A stretch of DNA of 64,000 nt from a bacterium (GCA_963662285.2 CAXXMV010000003.1:288001-352000); one strand, 5' to 3'; counted from the stretch's first letter, positions 50,035 through 60,642 are shown. Notes: generated by a model not told the origin, from the sequence alone. Numbers and translations are program-made.

Positions 50035-50135
50035 TATCTTACTCCTGTTAATGATGTATTTGAATCATACGACAATATTATAATAAGATAACAAGTATTT
50101 TGTTACTAGGATTAGAAGGTCATAATCAGTATTAA

Positions 50136-51521
50136 TTAGTTCTTAATAGCTGTTGCAGCCTTCAATCTATTTACAATCGAAAAAGCGATAAAATTACTCG
50201 CCACACCCACGACCAGCCCATCAATTCCGGTGGAGGCGGAGAATAGTTTGTTCCATAGAATCATTCCAGTTATACCCGCCAGGGTTCCAGTTATAAAACC
50301 AAGTTTTGAAGTCCTGAAGCCAAGCAGCACAGCGGCCAGAGGGATCAATATGATAGGCGCCCAGAAGTTGTATGCATAAAGCAAAATATCAAGTACGCTC
50401 TCGATTGACACTGCGAAAATTATCGCTGATATTCCAACTAACATATTGGTTAGTTTGGCAAGGTTCAGTTCGGCTCTATCTGATAGTGGCTTGCGGCGCA
50501 ATGGTTTTACGATATCGTTGATTAATCCGGAAGACGCTCCATTCAAGAATGAGTCAGCCGAAGACATTACTATAGAGATCACACCTGCTATTACGATACC
50601 GCGTAATCCGATGGGAAGCGCATTTTGGATTAAATAGGGCATAGATAAATTTGGATCGAGTTCAGGATTTAAGGTCAGCGCCACGAGTCCGATCAGGCCG
50701 GTAATGGCGAAAAACGGGATGGAGAAGAGTCCGCTCAGCAGAGTCCCACGGGCGGTTTCGCGCGAATTTTTACCTATAAAGAGCCTTTGTACATATGGCG
50801 GCACTAATGTTTCACCTAAAACAAATGTCAGGAAGAGCGAGATAAGAGCGATCCAGGTCATGCTGTCGCCGGGAATCGATAAATGACCAGCGGGCGCTGA
50901 TTGAATAATCGCTTCGATTCCACCGGCCTGGCTGATTCCAAAGAATAAAGTTAGCGGGATGCCGATTCCCAGCACAAGAAATTGGATAACATCGGTCAAG
51001 ACAACAGCACGCATACCTCCAATGGTCGAGTAGGTAATAACGATGCCGCATCCAATCAGAATGCCCCAGATTTCGCTGATATTTAGAAAAACGTTGAAGA
51101 TTTTCCCCATTGCGCCGACTTGAGCGCCAACGATGCCAGCACAGAGGAAAACTGAAAATATTCCGGTTACGATCTTTCCAAATTTCCCATAGGCCGGTTC
51201 CATTATGTCTCCGGTAGAAATGAAACCGGGGAAATTCTTGGTTCTGGGAGCGATATATTTGGCGACCAGAATTTCCTTCAAACTGAATCCCCAAAGGGCG
51301 ACGATATTGACGATGCCAAAGCGGAAGACTTTTTCAGCATTGCCGATGGAGAAGCCTCCTCCAATAAACGAAGCCGAGAGCGTAGCGAATATTATCCATG
51401 AAGAATAGGATTGATGGGATACGGAGAAATCGCGTAAATTTTTTAAGCCTTTTCCACTATATATTCCAACACTGAGAATGAGAAGTAAATAAACGGCGAC
51501 GATGCCATGATCAATTTGCAT
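50136..51521 (-). CDS. Sodium:solute symporter family protein (PutP/PanF-like subgroup)
   Basis: TLSASFIGGG, YSTIGGMRAVVLTDVIQF, VMSSADSFL, many TM helices. Confidence 0.9.
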   Translation of the reverse strand: MQIDHGIVAVYLLLILSVGIYSGKGLKNLRDFSVSHQSYSSWIIFATLSASFIGGGFSIGNAEKVFRFGIVNIVALWGFSLKEILVAKYIAPRTKNFPGFISTGDIMEPAYGKFGKIVTGIFSVFLCAGIVGAQVGAMGKIFNVFLNISEIWGILIGCGIVITYSTIGGMRAVVLTDVIQFLVLGIGIPLTLFFGISQAGGIEAIIQSAPAGHLSIPGDSMTWIALISLFLTFVLGETLVPPYVQRLFIGKNSRETARGTLLSGLFSIPFFAITGLIGLVALTLNPELDPNLSMPYLIQNALPIGLRGIVIAGVISIVMSSADSFLNGASSGLINDIVKPLRRKPLSDRAELNLAKLTNMLVGISAIIFAVSIESVLDILLYAYNFWAPIILIPLAAVLLGFRTSKLGFITGTLAGITGMILWNKLFSASTGIDGLVVGVASNFIAFSIVNRLKAATAIKN

Positions 51522-52066
51522 AGGTAATATTTCCTTTGGTTAAAGTCTTAAAAGTGTAACTGGAGGTGAATCAAGATCAAGTGTTGTCTTGGTTTGATGA
51601 GATTGTATAAAGTCTGATTGGGGATTTCGGGGGATTTGATATGTCGTGAATTATTATTTTTAATAAATTGATGAAGTTATAGATAAATTAAAATCTAAGC
51701 ATAATAATAAATTATTTTTTATTAAAAAATGTCAAATATTTTAATAAAAGTTTATTTTTAAAATAAATTCATATTATAAAAAAAATCTAATCTATTAAGG
51801 TCTAATATTATAAATTAATGGTTAAAAATGATATTATTTTTGGTAAAATACTTTATAGTCTGATCTATTTTTGTTTCAACTGAAAACGAGTTGTCAATAT
51901 TTAGGAATCAAGATATATTTAGACAAATATAGTTATCGTTAATTAAAATTAAATAAATATCTAAATTTACGTCAAGAACTAAATAATAAGTAGTTCTATA
52001 CATTCATGAGAGGAAATATTTAGTATGATGAAAAACAATAAAATATAGTTGTGGAGGTATTTTATT

Positions 52067-52789
52067 ATGGAGAAGACTGATTCCGTCTTTCACTCTCAAT
52101 CGGATTACAAACTCATCGTGGATATTATTACAAAAATTGTTAACTCACGTCTAAGAGATAATCCAGAACTGGCAAAAGATATTATCTCTGAAAGTTCCTT
52201 ACGAGCATGGTTATCTATTAGTTCTAATCCGAACATAAAAGATCCATTGGCGTATGCAGCAAGAATTACCTTCAACACAATGAGTTCAATGCTGTCGATA
52301 AACACAAAGATCAGAGACGCACATTGCTCATTTGATAATGATAACAATGAAGAATCTTATCAAACCTTCCATAAGATGTTCATCCCGCACGATAATCCAT
52401 TAACTTATTTAGAAACAAGAGAATACATAGCGGGTTTGGCGAGAATCATTGGCATAACTCATTCTTTTGTACATAATCAATGCACTCCTGAAGAAACACT
52501 GATTTATCAGGAAATAATCCGTAGAAAAACAAACATAACTGTATTAGCCGAAATAATGGATTTATCAGAAGATGCATTAAACCAGCGTGTATTCAGGTTT
52601 ATGAGAAAAATTTCCGATCATGTCGAAAATGAAGTTAGAAATAATTCTCATTTATATGAATTACTCACAAGGATATTAAAGAATGAGGCAATACCTTTTT
52701 ACAGATTTGTCACTCTTCTTCTTAGAGTGGTAAAAGAAAATGGTTTAGAGACAATAGGTTTTGCCTTAAAGTCTCTAATAGGAGGATAA
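52067..52789 (+). CDS. Divergent ECF-type sigma-70 factor with C-terminal extension
   Basis: GGAGGT RBS; region-2-like AKDIISESSLRAW...PLAYAARITFN; region-4-like TPEETLIY...ITVLAEIMDLSEDALNQRVFRF. Confidence 0.65.
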   Translation: MEKTDSVFHSQSDYKLIVDIITKIVNSRLRDNPELAKDIISESSLRAWLSISSNPNIKDPLAYAARITFNTMSSMLSINTKIRDAHCSFDNDNNEESYQTFHKMFIPHDNPLTYLETREYIAGLARIIGITHSFVHNQCTPEETLIYQEIIRRKTNITVLAEIMDLSEDALNQRVFRFMRKISDHVENEVRNNSHLYELLTRILKNEAIPFYRFVTLLLRVVKENGLETIGFALKSLIGG

Positions 52790-52818
52790 TTCGTATTAAT
52801 AATTATTGTTGTAAACGC

Positions 52819-53067
52819 TCAGTGATCTATTAATGATCGCTGAGCGTTTTTTTTTGCATCTACAAATGCAGATTGCAGGGAATCTTCTATACCCCATAAC
52901 AAACCAAACATATTGATATTTCTTTTCAAATCATCTCGAACCATTTGATCATCACCGCATTTATCCAAAATTTGGTCAGGAGCAATAGATTCACCTTTAT
53001 TTAATCTGTTTACGTATTCTCCAAAAAGTTTTGCAGCAATTTCTATTTGCTTTTCAGTCAGATTCAT
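52819..53067 (-). CDS. Small helical hypothetical protein (82 aa)
   Basis: GGAGGG RBS; FGEYVNRLNKGESIAPDQILDK...DDLK. Confidence 0.65.
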   Translation of the reverse strand: MNLTEKQIEIAAKLFGEYVNRLNKGESIAPDQILDKCGDDQMVRDDLKRNINMFGLLWGIEDSLQSAFVDAKKNAQRSLIDH

Positions 53068-53261
53068 TATTCCCTCCGCGAATATTTTTATCCAATGGCG
53101 AAAATATTTTCTCTTTTATAGAATATAGAGAAGTGTTTGAACATTTTTTGACAAAAAAAATGAACTTTTTTTATCTTTGCCATTGTAAACGTAAGAATAG
53201 ATAAAGTAATATTCATTGCTTATCAGGAATATTTTTTATCTTTTGTAGATGGAGAATACAC

Positions 53262-53903
53262 ATGAAATTACCTAGACCAAGAGATTTAGGAGAAAAATTA
53301 CGTGTATGGAGAGAAAAAAAAGGACTATCTGTAAAGGATGTGGTTAATAAAAGTAAAAATTCTGATGTTTGCCAAAAACCATTTGCTGCGGGAGATGTTT
53401 CTAAATGGGAGACGAAGAAATCTCTACCTACATATAGAAGGCTAGTTAGAGATATCTTTCCTGCATATGAAATTGATGACATCTCTGAGTTCCTTTTAGA
53501 AATTACTCCAGAATATGATTCAATAAATGATGTCATTCATATTACAAGAGACAAAATTTCGATTAAAAATGATCCCGAACTTTGTACTAGAAGTCTTTAT
53601 ATTGATCCACATTACATCCAGAAATATCCATTGAGAGTTGACTTCTTGTATATCGAATCAAATAAATGCAGTGAATGGAGACAACATAAAGGTTGTGAAT
53701 ATTTGCTGGTCACGAAAGGCCAGTTGAATGTGATGATTTCAGAATCTGAAGATAACATAAATGCTATATCCTATGAATTAAATGAAGGCGACGCAATCGC
53801 ATTCTCAGGTCATTTATTTCACAAACTTCAGGTTACTAAAGGTGAAAGAGCTAAAATTGTAGTAGGAAGGCCTGTGTGGAGTGGACGAGAAGTTGAACCA
53901 TAA
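53262..53903 (+). CDS. XRE-family HTH transcriptional regulator with cupin domain
   Basis: LGEKLRVWREKKGLSVKDV, VSKWETKKSLP; cupin H.G.EYLLVTKG...LNEGDAIAFSGHLFH. Confidence 0.85.
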   Translation: MKLPRPRDLGEKLRVWREKKGLSVKDVVNKSKNSDVCQKPFAAGDVSKWETKKSLPTYRRLVRDIFPAYEIDDISEFLLEITPEYDSINDVIHITRDKISIKNDPELCTRSLYIDPHYIQKYPLRVDFLYIESNKCSEWRQHKGCEYLLVTKGQLNVMISESEDNINAISYELNEGDAIAFSGHLFHKLQVTKGERAKIVVGRPVWSGREVEP

Positions 53904-54259
53904 TAAAAGAAAAGCATTATGTGACAAAGCGAGAGTTGCTCTGAATGAGATTAGAATCATACAATGCGGTAGGTATACACGGCTTTGAGTCCGAATAGAT
54001 ACTCGATGTATTTCTCTCCGTAATAACACCAGCCCAGGATGGTTAAATCGGCGAATAAGACTAATCCTAATAATACTATAAAAACATAGCATTTTATAAA
54101 CATTACGATTATTCGCTTTGTCTTCCATAATACAAGCGCATGGTATATTATCATATACGTAATATAATGAATTGGTTAACATATACTTATTTATATTCGG
54201 AACTCCGAACTTCTCAAATTCTTGATTAACATATCCTCTTGATTTTTCGAGGCAGATGA

Positions 54260-55087
54260 ATGAGCGATATTTCAAATATTGAGCAGTATAAAACAGGTTG
54301 TTTATATCAGGTTCCCCTGGGTGAGATAGAGGCTGATCCCAATCAGCCCAGAAAATTCTTTGATAAAAAAGAATTGAACAAGTTATCTCAATCGATAAAG
54401 AATAAGGGCGTACTGCAGCCAGTTATTATCAGGGTTTGTGATAATCAATTGCTTCTGATTGCTGGAGAGCGGCGCCTGCGGGCCTCAAAAATTGCAAGAC
54501 TTAAATCAATTCCGGCTATTGTAGTCGAGGGCGACTCGGCGGAAATATCACTAATCGAGAATATCCAGCGTGAAGACCTGAATCCTATCGAAGAAGCTGA
54601 AGCCATTGCTAAACTTATTGAAATTAATGGATATAAAGATAAAGACCTCGTTCCAATTCTAGGTAAAGCCAAATCAACCATCAGCGAGATGAAGAAGTTG
54701 AATCTTCTGCCAGCCAGGATTAAAGACCAGTGCCGCAAGAGCAATCAATGGTCGCGCAACGTTCTACTGGAAATCGCCAAACAACCCACCAAAAAGAAAA
54801 TGCTCGAACTCTTTAATGAGGTGAAAAAGAATAATCTCAAGGGAAGAGAAGTGCGCACCATCACCCGTGGCAGAAGCCGGAAACGTAATAAAGCCTCAAT
54901 CATCGTCGATAAACTGCATAACGTTTTCAACTCCTTCACAGAATTGAAATTTGATGAGATTGAAGACGAGCAGAAGAAAAATCTCCGCACTGAACTAAGG
55001 GATATCAGAAAAAAAATCGATTCCATGCTGGATAATTTGAAAACTCAGGACGCTCCTGAAGAGTTGTCTTTATTTGATGATTTGTAG
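54260..55087 (+). CDS. ParB/RepB/Spo0J family protein (orphan, no adjacent parA)
   Basis: DPNQPRK, GVLQPV, LIAGERRLRA CTPase motif, LIENIQREDLNPIEEA, HTH LGKAKSTISE. Confidence 0.92.
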   Translation: MSDISNIEQYKTGCLYQVPLGEIEADPNQPRKFFDKKELNKLSQSIKNKGVLQPVIIRVCDNQLLLIAGERRLRASKIARLKSIPAIVVEGDSAEISLIENIQREDLNPIEEAEAIAKLIEINGYKDKDLVPILGKAKSTISEMKKLNLLPARIKDQCRKSNQWSRNVLLEIAKQPTKKKMLELFNEVKKNNLKGREVRTITRGRSRKRNKASIIVDKLHNVFNSFTELKFDEIEDEQKKNLRTELRDIRKKIDSMLDNLKTQDAPEELSLFDDL

Positions 55088-55193
55088 GAATCAATTAATT
55101 GTGCGCCTGGTTGGATCGAAGGTGATTGCAACAAGGTCTGACAGAATTCCGTGGTCTTGCCCTTGCCACTTGTCAAATCTGGCAAATTTATTA

Positions 55194-55230
55194 AAAAGGG
55201 TGAGCTAAATATCAAATTCAGCCCACCCTT
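55194..55230 (-). terminator. Terminator-like hairpin, homologous to 57859-57897
   Basis: AAAAAGGGTGAGCT...AGCCCACCCTT. Confidence 0.55.
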
Positions 55231-55260
55231 AATAGAAATTTTTGTCTTGGATTCAGGAGA

Positions 55261-57752
55261 TTAGAATAAAGACCATTCCTTAACAACTGTTCCTGTATCC
55301 TCGTAGTTGAACAATGCTTCTCCATTGAATTGATAGGAATATTTAGCGGTCATAGTCCAATACGGTCCGCTTGCTCTATCCACCAGTTTGTAAAAATCGG
55401 TATATCCATATATAGAGTCGCCGGACGAGTTGAATGTGTAGAATTGGTATGGCGCCAGTATGTGATCGACTAAACTGATCAGAATTTCTTTGCTGGTTGA
55501 ATCGGTTTGGGGATAATCTTCTTTTACGGAGATCATAGTGAGAAACCATGCGGCATCGTAGGCCATATAATCATAATCGGTTGGTTTGATGCCGATAAAA
55601 TCTTCCAAGACTTTTCGATAGGCTTTTTCAAACATACTAAATAAGTCCTGTGAAACGGTTCCAGGTGAAAAGGCGGTGAAATTGGTCTCTAGAGCGAAAG
55701 CAAAAGATGCTGGATCGTTGGCGATAGACGAGTTTTTGGCTAATCCATCTCCACCGAACCAACGGACGTCTCGCAATATTGAATCCTCAGGAATAGCGTT
55801 GAATAAGCCAACCGCTTCATCCAAAGATATAGCCAGGACTGCGGTTTTTTCTGTTCCTGAAATTGCTGCGGCGGATGTGATTCCATCTGTAATTAATCCG
55901 ATGGTCCCGGTGAAATCAGTAGTATCAACGCTATATGAAATGCCCTCGGCGCAGGTTCCACCGATTGCTTCGAATTTATCTTTGAAAAGCGAATATAAAT
56001 CGGCGCCATAATTATCATCGCGGTATACGGGTTGAACAAACTCAATCCCTAAATCTTGGAGATATACAGCTAAGGCATTAGCCAGTTTTTCGTTATCTAA
56101 AGCAAGACGGAATATGTTATCATCGACGGCCAGATCGAGCGATGTGCTGCTGGGTGAGATTAGGATTAGATCATTCTCGTTGGCGTAGGTTGCTACGGCG
56201 CTTAGTTCGCTGCTTTTCAATGGGCCGACGAACAATTCAACTCCCTGACTGTGCAATTCCTGGATTTTTTCCAGAGCAATTTGCGGATCAGAGGCCGTAT
56301 CTGCAACAACAATATCGATTGATGAATTCTCGGTGAAATTACGTTTTAGATAATGAGTTAAATCCGAAGACGCCATATCCAGAACTTTTTGAATTTCTAA
56401 ACCCATTGTGGAGTTATCGCCCGTTAAAGGCAGCAACGCTCCAATTTTTACCATGCGGTCGGTATACAATGGAGGATACTCATAATAGTTATACGTTTCG
56501 TATAAGTCCCCCAGTTCTGGTTGTGGCTTTTGATAGGAAGCAATCAGAGTCCATCATAATGGCCATTAGATTCCATGAAACTATGGAATGCTGTAACGCC
56601 ATTTGAACTATCTCCGTTAACATCGAAAACCAAAAAGTTGTTGACGCCAAATACTTCATAGGAGACTTTAATAAATTCTTCTTTGACATCAAAAACATCG
56701 GCCATCAAAGCGACGAAAGAAGCAATTTGGAAGGCATCATAAACAAAAGTAACAATATCTTCCTGTAATATTTCATCGGTCGATTTGTAGATTCGAGTCA
56801 AAAGGTTTTCGCATGTAGGAACGTGCGGATAAAAAGGATGGTATAAATCCTTAACAGAAGCAGCTGCAAAGGTGAAATTGGTTTGCAGCGCGAACGCTTT
56901 AACATCTTCGTCATTGGTGAAAGCAGAAATATGAGCGGCGTCATCATTATTAATCCACCGGGTTTGTTTAAGAGCGTCATGTTGGTAAGATAATTTGACA
57001 ATAGCCCCGATTTCATCATATGAGATGGAGATAACTGCTGTGCGGGATGAACTATCGGCGTTGATGCTCTCTTCAACAACCTGGTTGAGTTGTTGAACCG
57101 TGTCTGCAAAATCAGTTTGTTCGGGTGAATATTTAACTTCTCCGGCAATGGTTCCCCCTGCAGCAACCCATAAAGGCTTAAAAGCATTGGCGTATTCATT
57201 ACCATAGGTATCATCACGGAACAAAAGCGCTACGGATTTATGATCATGCCTTTGCAAGAATTCTGAGACCGCTGTGGCTTTTTCAATATCATTCATGTGC
57301 ATCCGGAAAATCATATCGTCAATGGCCAATGAAGGGGATGTACTGGTTGGCGATATGATCAAAATATGATTTTCATCAGCAAAAGGTTTGATTTTCTCTA
57401 CGCATGAACTTGAGAACGGGCCAATGATGACCTGAATGCCTTGATCATGCAATTGCTGGATCTTCTCCAGTGCCACATCTGGATTGGTCTCTGTATCTTC
57501 AGCGACCAATTGAATATTCATATCAGAAAATAAACGTTCTATGTCTGCTTCAGCAATATCTAAAACAGCCTGCGTTGTTTGGCCCATGACGGATAAACCG
57601 CCGGTAAAGGGCGCCAAAACTCCAATTTTAACAATTTCCTGGGCGAATAAATTCGGGGTGATCGTCACGAGAAGCAACATGATTATGCCAAACAAAAAAA
57701 ACGATTTAATTTTTGTTTGACATTTGTTTGAGTGCAATAGTTTGTTATGCAT
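55261..57752 (-). pseudogene. Double periplasmic-binding-protein (LIVBP/Peripla_BP_6) protein, split by a 1-nt deletion near 56554 (pseudogene or sequencing error)
   Basis: ORFs 56544-57752 and 55261-56469 are collinear with the two halves of 57937-60459; the shifted frame reads WTLIASYQKPQP...YEYPPLYTDRM, matching the paralog linker. Confidence 0.8.
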
Positions 57753-57858
57753 AGGACTTATTTTTTAATCTATCCTTTCATTTTAAAATATATATTAAAT
57801 ATTATGATCTTACTATATAGTTCATATTGCTTATAGCGCATGGGAAGTCTAAAAAGCA

Positions 57859-57897
57859 AAAAAAGGTGAGTTACATATAAAATTCAACCCACCTTTA
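57859..57897 (-). terminator. Terminator-like hairpin, homologous to 55194-55230
   Basis: AAAAAAGGTGAGTT...AACCCACCTTT. Confidence 0.55.
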
Positions 57898-57936
57898 ATA
57901 TTAATTTGCTTATCAGGCGCAAATCCTTACGCAGTA

Positions 57937-60459
57937 TTAATATAAAGACCATTCCGCAACAGCTGTTCCTGGTGCAGGATCGAAATTATATAATTTCTCT
58001 CCATTGAACTGATAGGAATATTTGGCGGTTGTACTCCAATAGGCGCCGTTAGTTCCATCCTTCAACCGATAAAAGTCAGTGTATCCATATTGTGAATCAC
58101 CGAACGAGTTGAATGTATAGAATTGAAACGGACCTTGTGCATGGTTGACCAGGTCAAATAGTAATTCACTTTGGGAAGCGCCAGTTTGGTCGTAATCTTC
58201 TTTGACAGTTAGCATCGTCAGGAACCATGCTGCATCATAAGCCATATAATCATAAGCGGCTGGTTTGCTTCCGATGAAATCACGTAATACATTACGCCAT
58301 GATCTTTCAAACATCCCGAAAATATCGTATGAGGTGTTTCCCGGTGAGAATGCCGTGAAATGTGTTTTGAGCGCGAAACTGTAGGCTGAAGGATCGTTGG
58401 CTATTGATGCATTTTCAGATAGGCCATCACCACCGAACCAGCGTACTTCACGCAATATCGAATCCTCTGGTATTGTGTTGAATAAATTTACCGCTTCATC
58501 TAAAGCAATGACTAATACAGCAGTGTTTGTTGTTTCATGAATTGCTGCTGCCGATGCAATACCATCTTTAAGAAAATCAACGGTTTCACTAAAATCAGAG
58601 GTATCAATGCTGTATGAGACGCCTTCAGCGCAGATTCCGCCGACGGCCTCGAACTTTTCCTTAAATACCGTATAGAAATCAGCGCCGTAAATATCATCGC
58701 GGTAAACCGTCTGGACGAACTCAATGCCGATATCCTTGAGATACGCAGCCAGGGCATTGGCCATTTTTCCATTATCCAAGGCAAGACGGAAGATATTATC
58801 ATCGAGAGCCAGATCAAGAGACGTGCTGCTGGGAGAGAGCAGGGTAAGTCCATTGTCATTGGCATAGGTTGCTACAGAACTTAACTCACTGCTGGTTAGA
58901 GGGCCGATGAAAAGTTCCACTCCCTGACTGTGCAGTTCCTGAATTTTTTCTAATGCAACTTGTGGATCAGAGGCCGTATCAACCGACACTATCTCAATGG
59001 ATGAATTTTCTGTAAATTGTCTTTTCAGATATTTCGTTAAATCTGAACCGGCCATCTCCAAGGTTTTTTGCATCTGCAATCCCATAGAAGCATTATCACC
59101 GGTTATCGACAAGAGCGCGCCGATTTTTACGGAGCGATCTGTAAAGATGGGAGGATATTCGCTATAGTTATAAGGTATATACAATTCATAGGGCGGTTGG
59201 GGCGTTCGGTAGGTTGCGACCAATCCCCATCCTGCTTGACCATCAGAGACCATGAAACGATGGAATCCGGTTGTACCATTACTGCGGTCTCCGTTTTCAT
59301 CAAAAATTAAAAAACTGCTGATTCCAAAAAGTTCTTGAGAAAGTTCAATAAAACTTTCTTTTGTATCAATGAAATCGACCAGCAAAGCGGCAAAGCAACC
59401 TACCTGGAAGGAATCGTAAACATAAAAAATGATATCTTCCTGAAGTTTTTCATTGGTCGATTCATATATTTGCGTCAGGAGGTTTTCACATTTTGGAACA
59501 TGTAGATAATAGGGGTGGTACAGTTCCTGGACGGCAACTGAGGCAAAGGTGAATTCAGTTTGCAGGGCGAAATTTTTCACATCTGCGTCATTCAAGAACG
59601 CATCAATGTGGGAAGCGGATTCATTTTCAATCCATTTCACTTGCGAAAGCGCCTCATGTTGTGAAGCCGCTTTGGCGATGTCGCCGATCTCTTCGTATGA
59701 AATAGACAGGACGACAGTTTGTGATGCGCTATTTGCATCGATGTTATCTTGCACTATTTGGTTGAGTTGTTGGACAGTTTCAGTAAAATCAGTTTGATCC
59801 GTTGAATATTTAACCTCATCAATAACCGTTCCGCCCAATTCAATCCACAAAGGCTTGAAGGTATTAGCGTATTCATTGCCATAAGTATCATCACGGTATA
59901 GCAGCGCAACGGATTGATAATCTTGTTGCTGTATGAATTCAGCAACAGCAGCGGCTTTGTTGTTATCATTCGGGTGCATCCGGAAAATCATATCATCCTC
60001 AGCCAGGGAAGGGGCTGTGCTGGTCGGAGATATGATCAAAATGTGGTTTTCATCAGCAAAAGGTTTAATCTTCTCGACGCATGAACTGGAGAACGGTCCA
60101 ATGATTACCTTTATGCCTTGATCATATAATATTTTAATTTTTTCCAATGCGACATCGGGATTAGTCTCCGTATCTTCGACGACAATTTCGAATTCTATGT
60201 CGTTAAATAATTTCTCTACATTTGATTTAGCAGTTTCAAGCGCAGCCTGGGCAGTTTTCCCCATAATAGATAGACCGCCGCTAAATGGGATCAAGGCGCC
60301 AACTTTAACAATTTCTTGGGCGAACGAATTTGGAGTGAGCGTACCTTGAAGCAAAATAATCATCCCAAACACCAACAGCGATTTCATTCCACGTTGTATG
60401 ATTCGATTTTGTGATAAACCAGAATACAAAAAAATCATCTTCTTATTAATTCCTCTCAT
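57937..60459 (-). CDS. Secreted protein with two tandem LIVBP-like (Venus flytrap) binding domains and C-terminal TAVAEWSLY tag
   Basis: Two K(V/I)GAL...G domains, each with IGP..SS, SP.ST and YRDD.YG; signal peptide ending SFA-QE. Confidence 0.85.
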   Translation of the reverse strand: MRGINKKMIFLYSGLSQNRIIQRGMKSLLVFGMIILLQGTLTPNSFAQEIVKVGALIPFSGGLSIMGKTAQAALETAKSNVEKLFNDIEFEIVVEDTETNPDVALEKIKILYDQGIKVIIGPFSSSCVEKIKPFADENHILIISPTSTAPSLAEDDMIFRMHPNDNNKAAAVAEFIQQQDYQSVALLYRDDTYGNEYANTFKPLWIELGGTVIDEVKYSTDQTDFTETVQQLNQIVQDNIDANSASQTVVLSISYEEIGDIAKAASQHEALSQVKWIENESASHIDAFLNDADVKNFALQTEFTFASVAVQELYHPYYLHVPKCENLLTQIYESTNEKLQEDIIFYVYDSFQVGCFAALLVDFIDTKESFIELSQELFGISSFLIFDENGDRSNGTTGFHRFMVSDGQAGWGLVATYRTPQPPYELYIPYNYSEYPPIFTDRSVKIGALLSITGDNASMGLQMQKTLEMAGSDLTKYLKRQFTENSSIEIVSVDTASDPQVALEKIQELHSQGVELFIGPLTSSELSSVATYANDNGLTLLSPSSTSLDLALDDNIFRLALDNGKMANALAAYLKDIGIEFVQTVYRDDIYGADFYTVFKEKFEAVGGICAEGVSYSIDTSDFSETVDFLKDGIASAAAIHETTNTAVLVIALDEAVNLFNTIPEDSILREVRWFGGDGLSENASIANDPSAYSFALKTHFTAFSPGNTSYDIFGMFERSWRNVLRDFIGSKPAAYDYMAYDAAWFLTMLTVKEDYDQTGASQSELLFDLVNHAQGPFQFYTFNSFGDSQYGYTDFYRLKDGTNGAYWSTTAKYSYQFNGEKLYNFDPAPGTAVAEWSLY

Positions 60460-60642
60460 GTTTGTTTTATAAGACAGTTAATAGTTTACTACTTCCAATT
60501 AATTATCTAATCCTTTGTATCTTTTTTTTAAATTATTTGTGTATTATGTAAAAAATAAATACATAAATACATTCGGATATTCGAATTATGTTTGAGATGA
60601 TATCCAGGGATATTGTTTAAGGAAAAGATTTTCAGGAAAAAA

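Noticed and set aside
51522-51660. Possible riboswitch upstream of the third sodium:solute symporter
   Set aside because: No recognisable TPP, SAM, cobalamin or glycine aptamer core seen by eye; an Rfam scan would be needed
53814-54275. Minus-strand ORFs of 153 aa and 65 aa between the XRE and parB genes
   Set aside because: No recognisable motifs or RBS; the longer one overlaps both neighbours; a short TM peptide cannot be excluded but is unsupported
51540-55087. Prophage or integrated plasmid
   Set aside because: No integrase, replication initiator, structural genes, tRNA target or att-like direct repeats found
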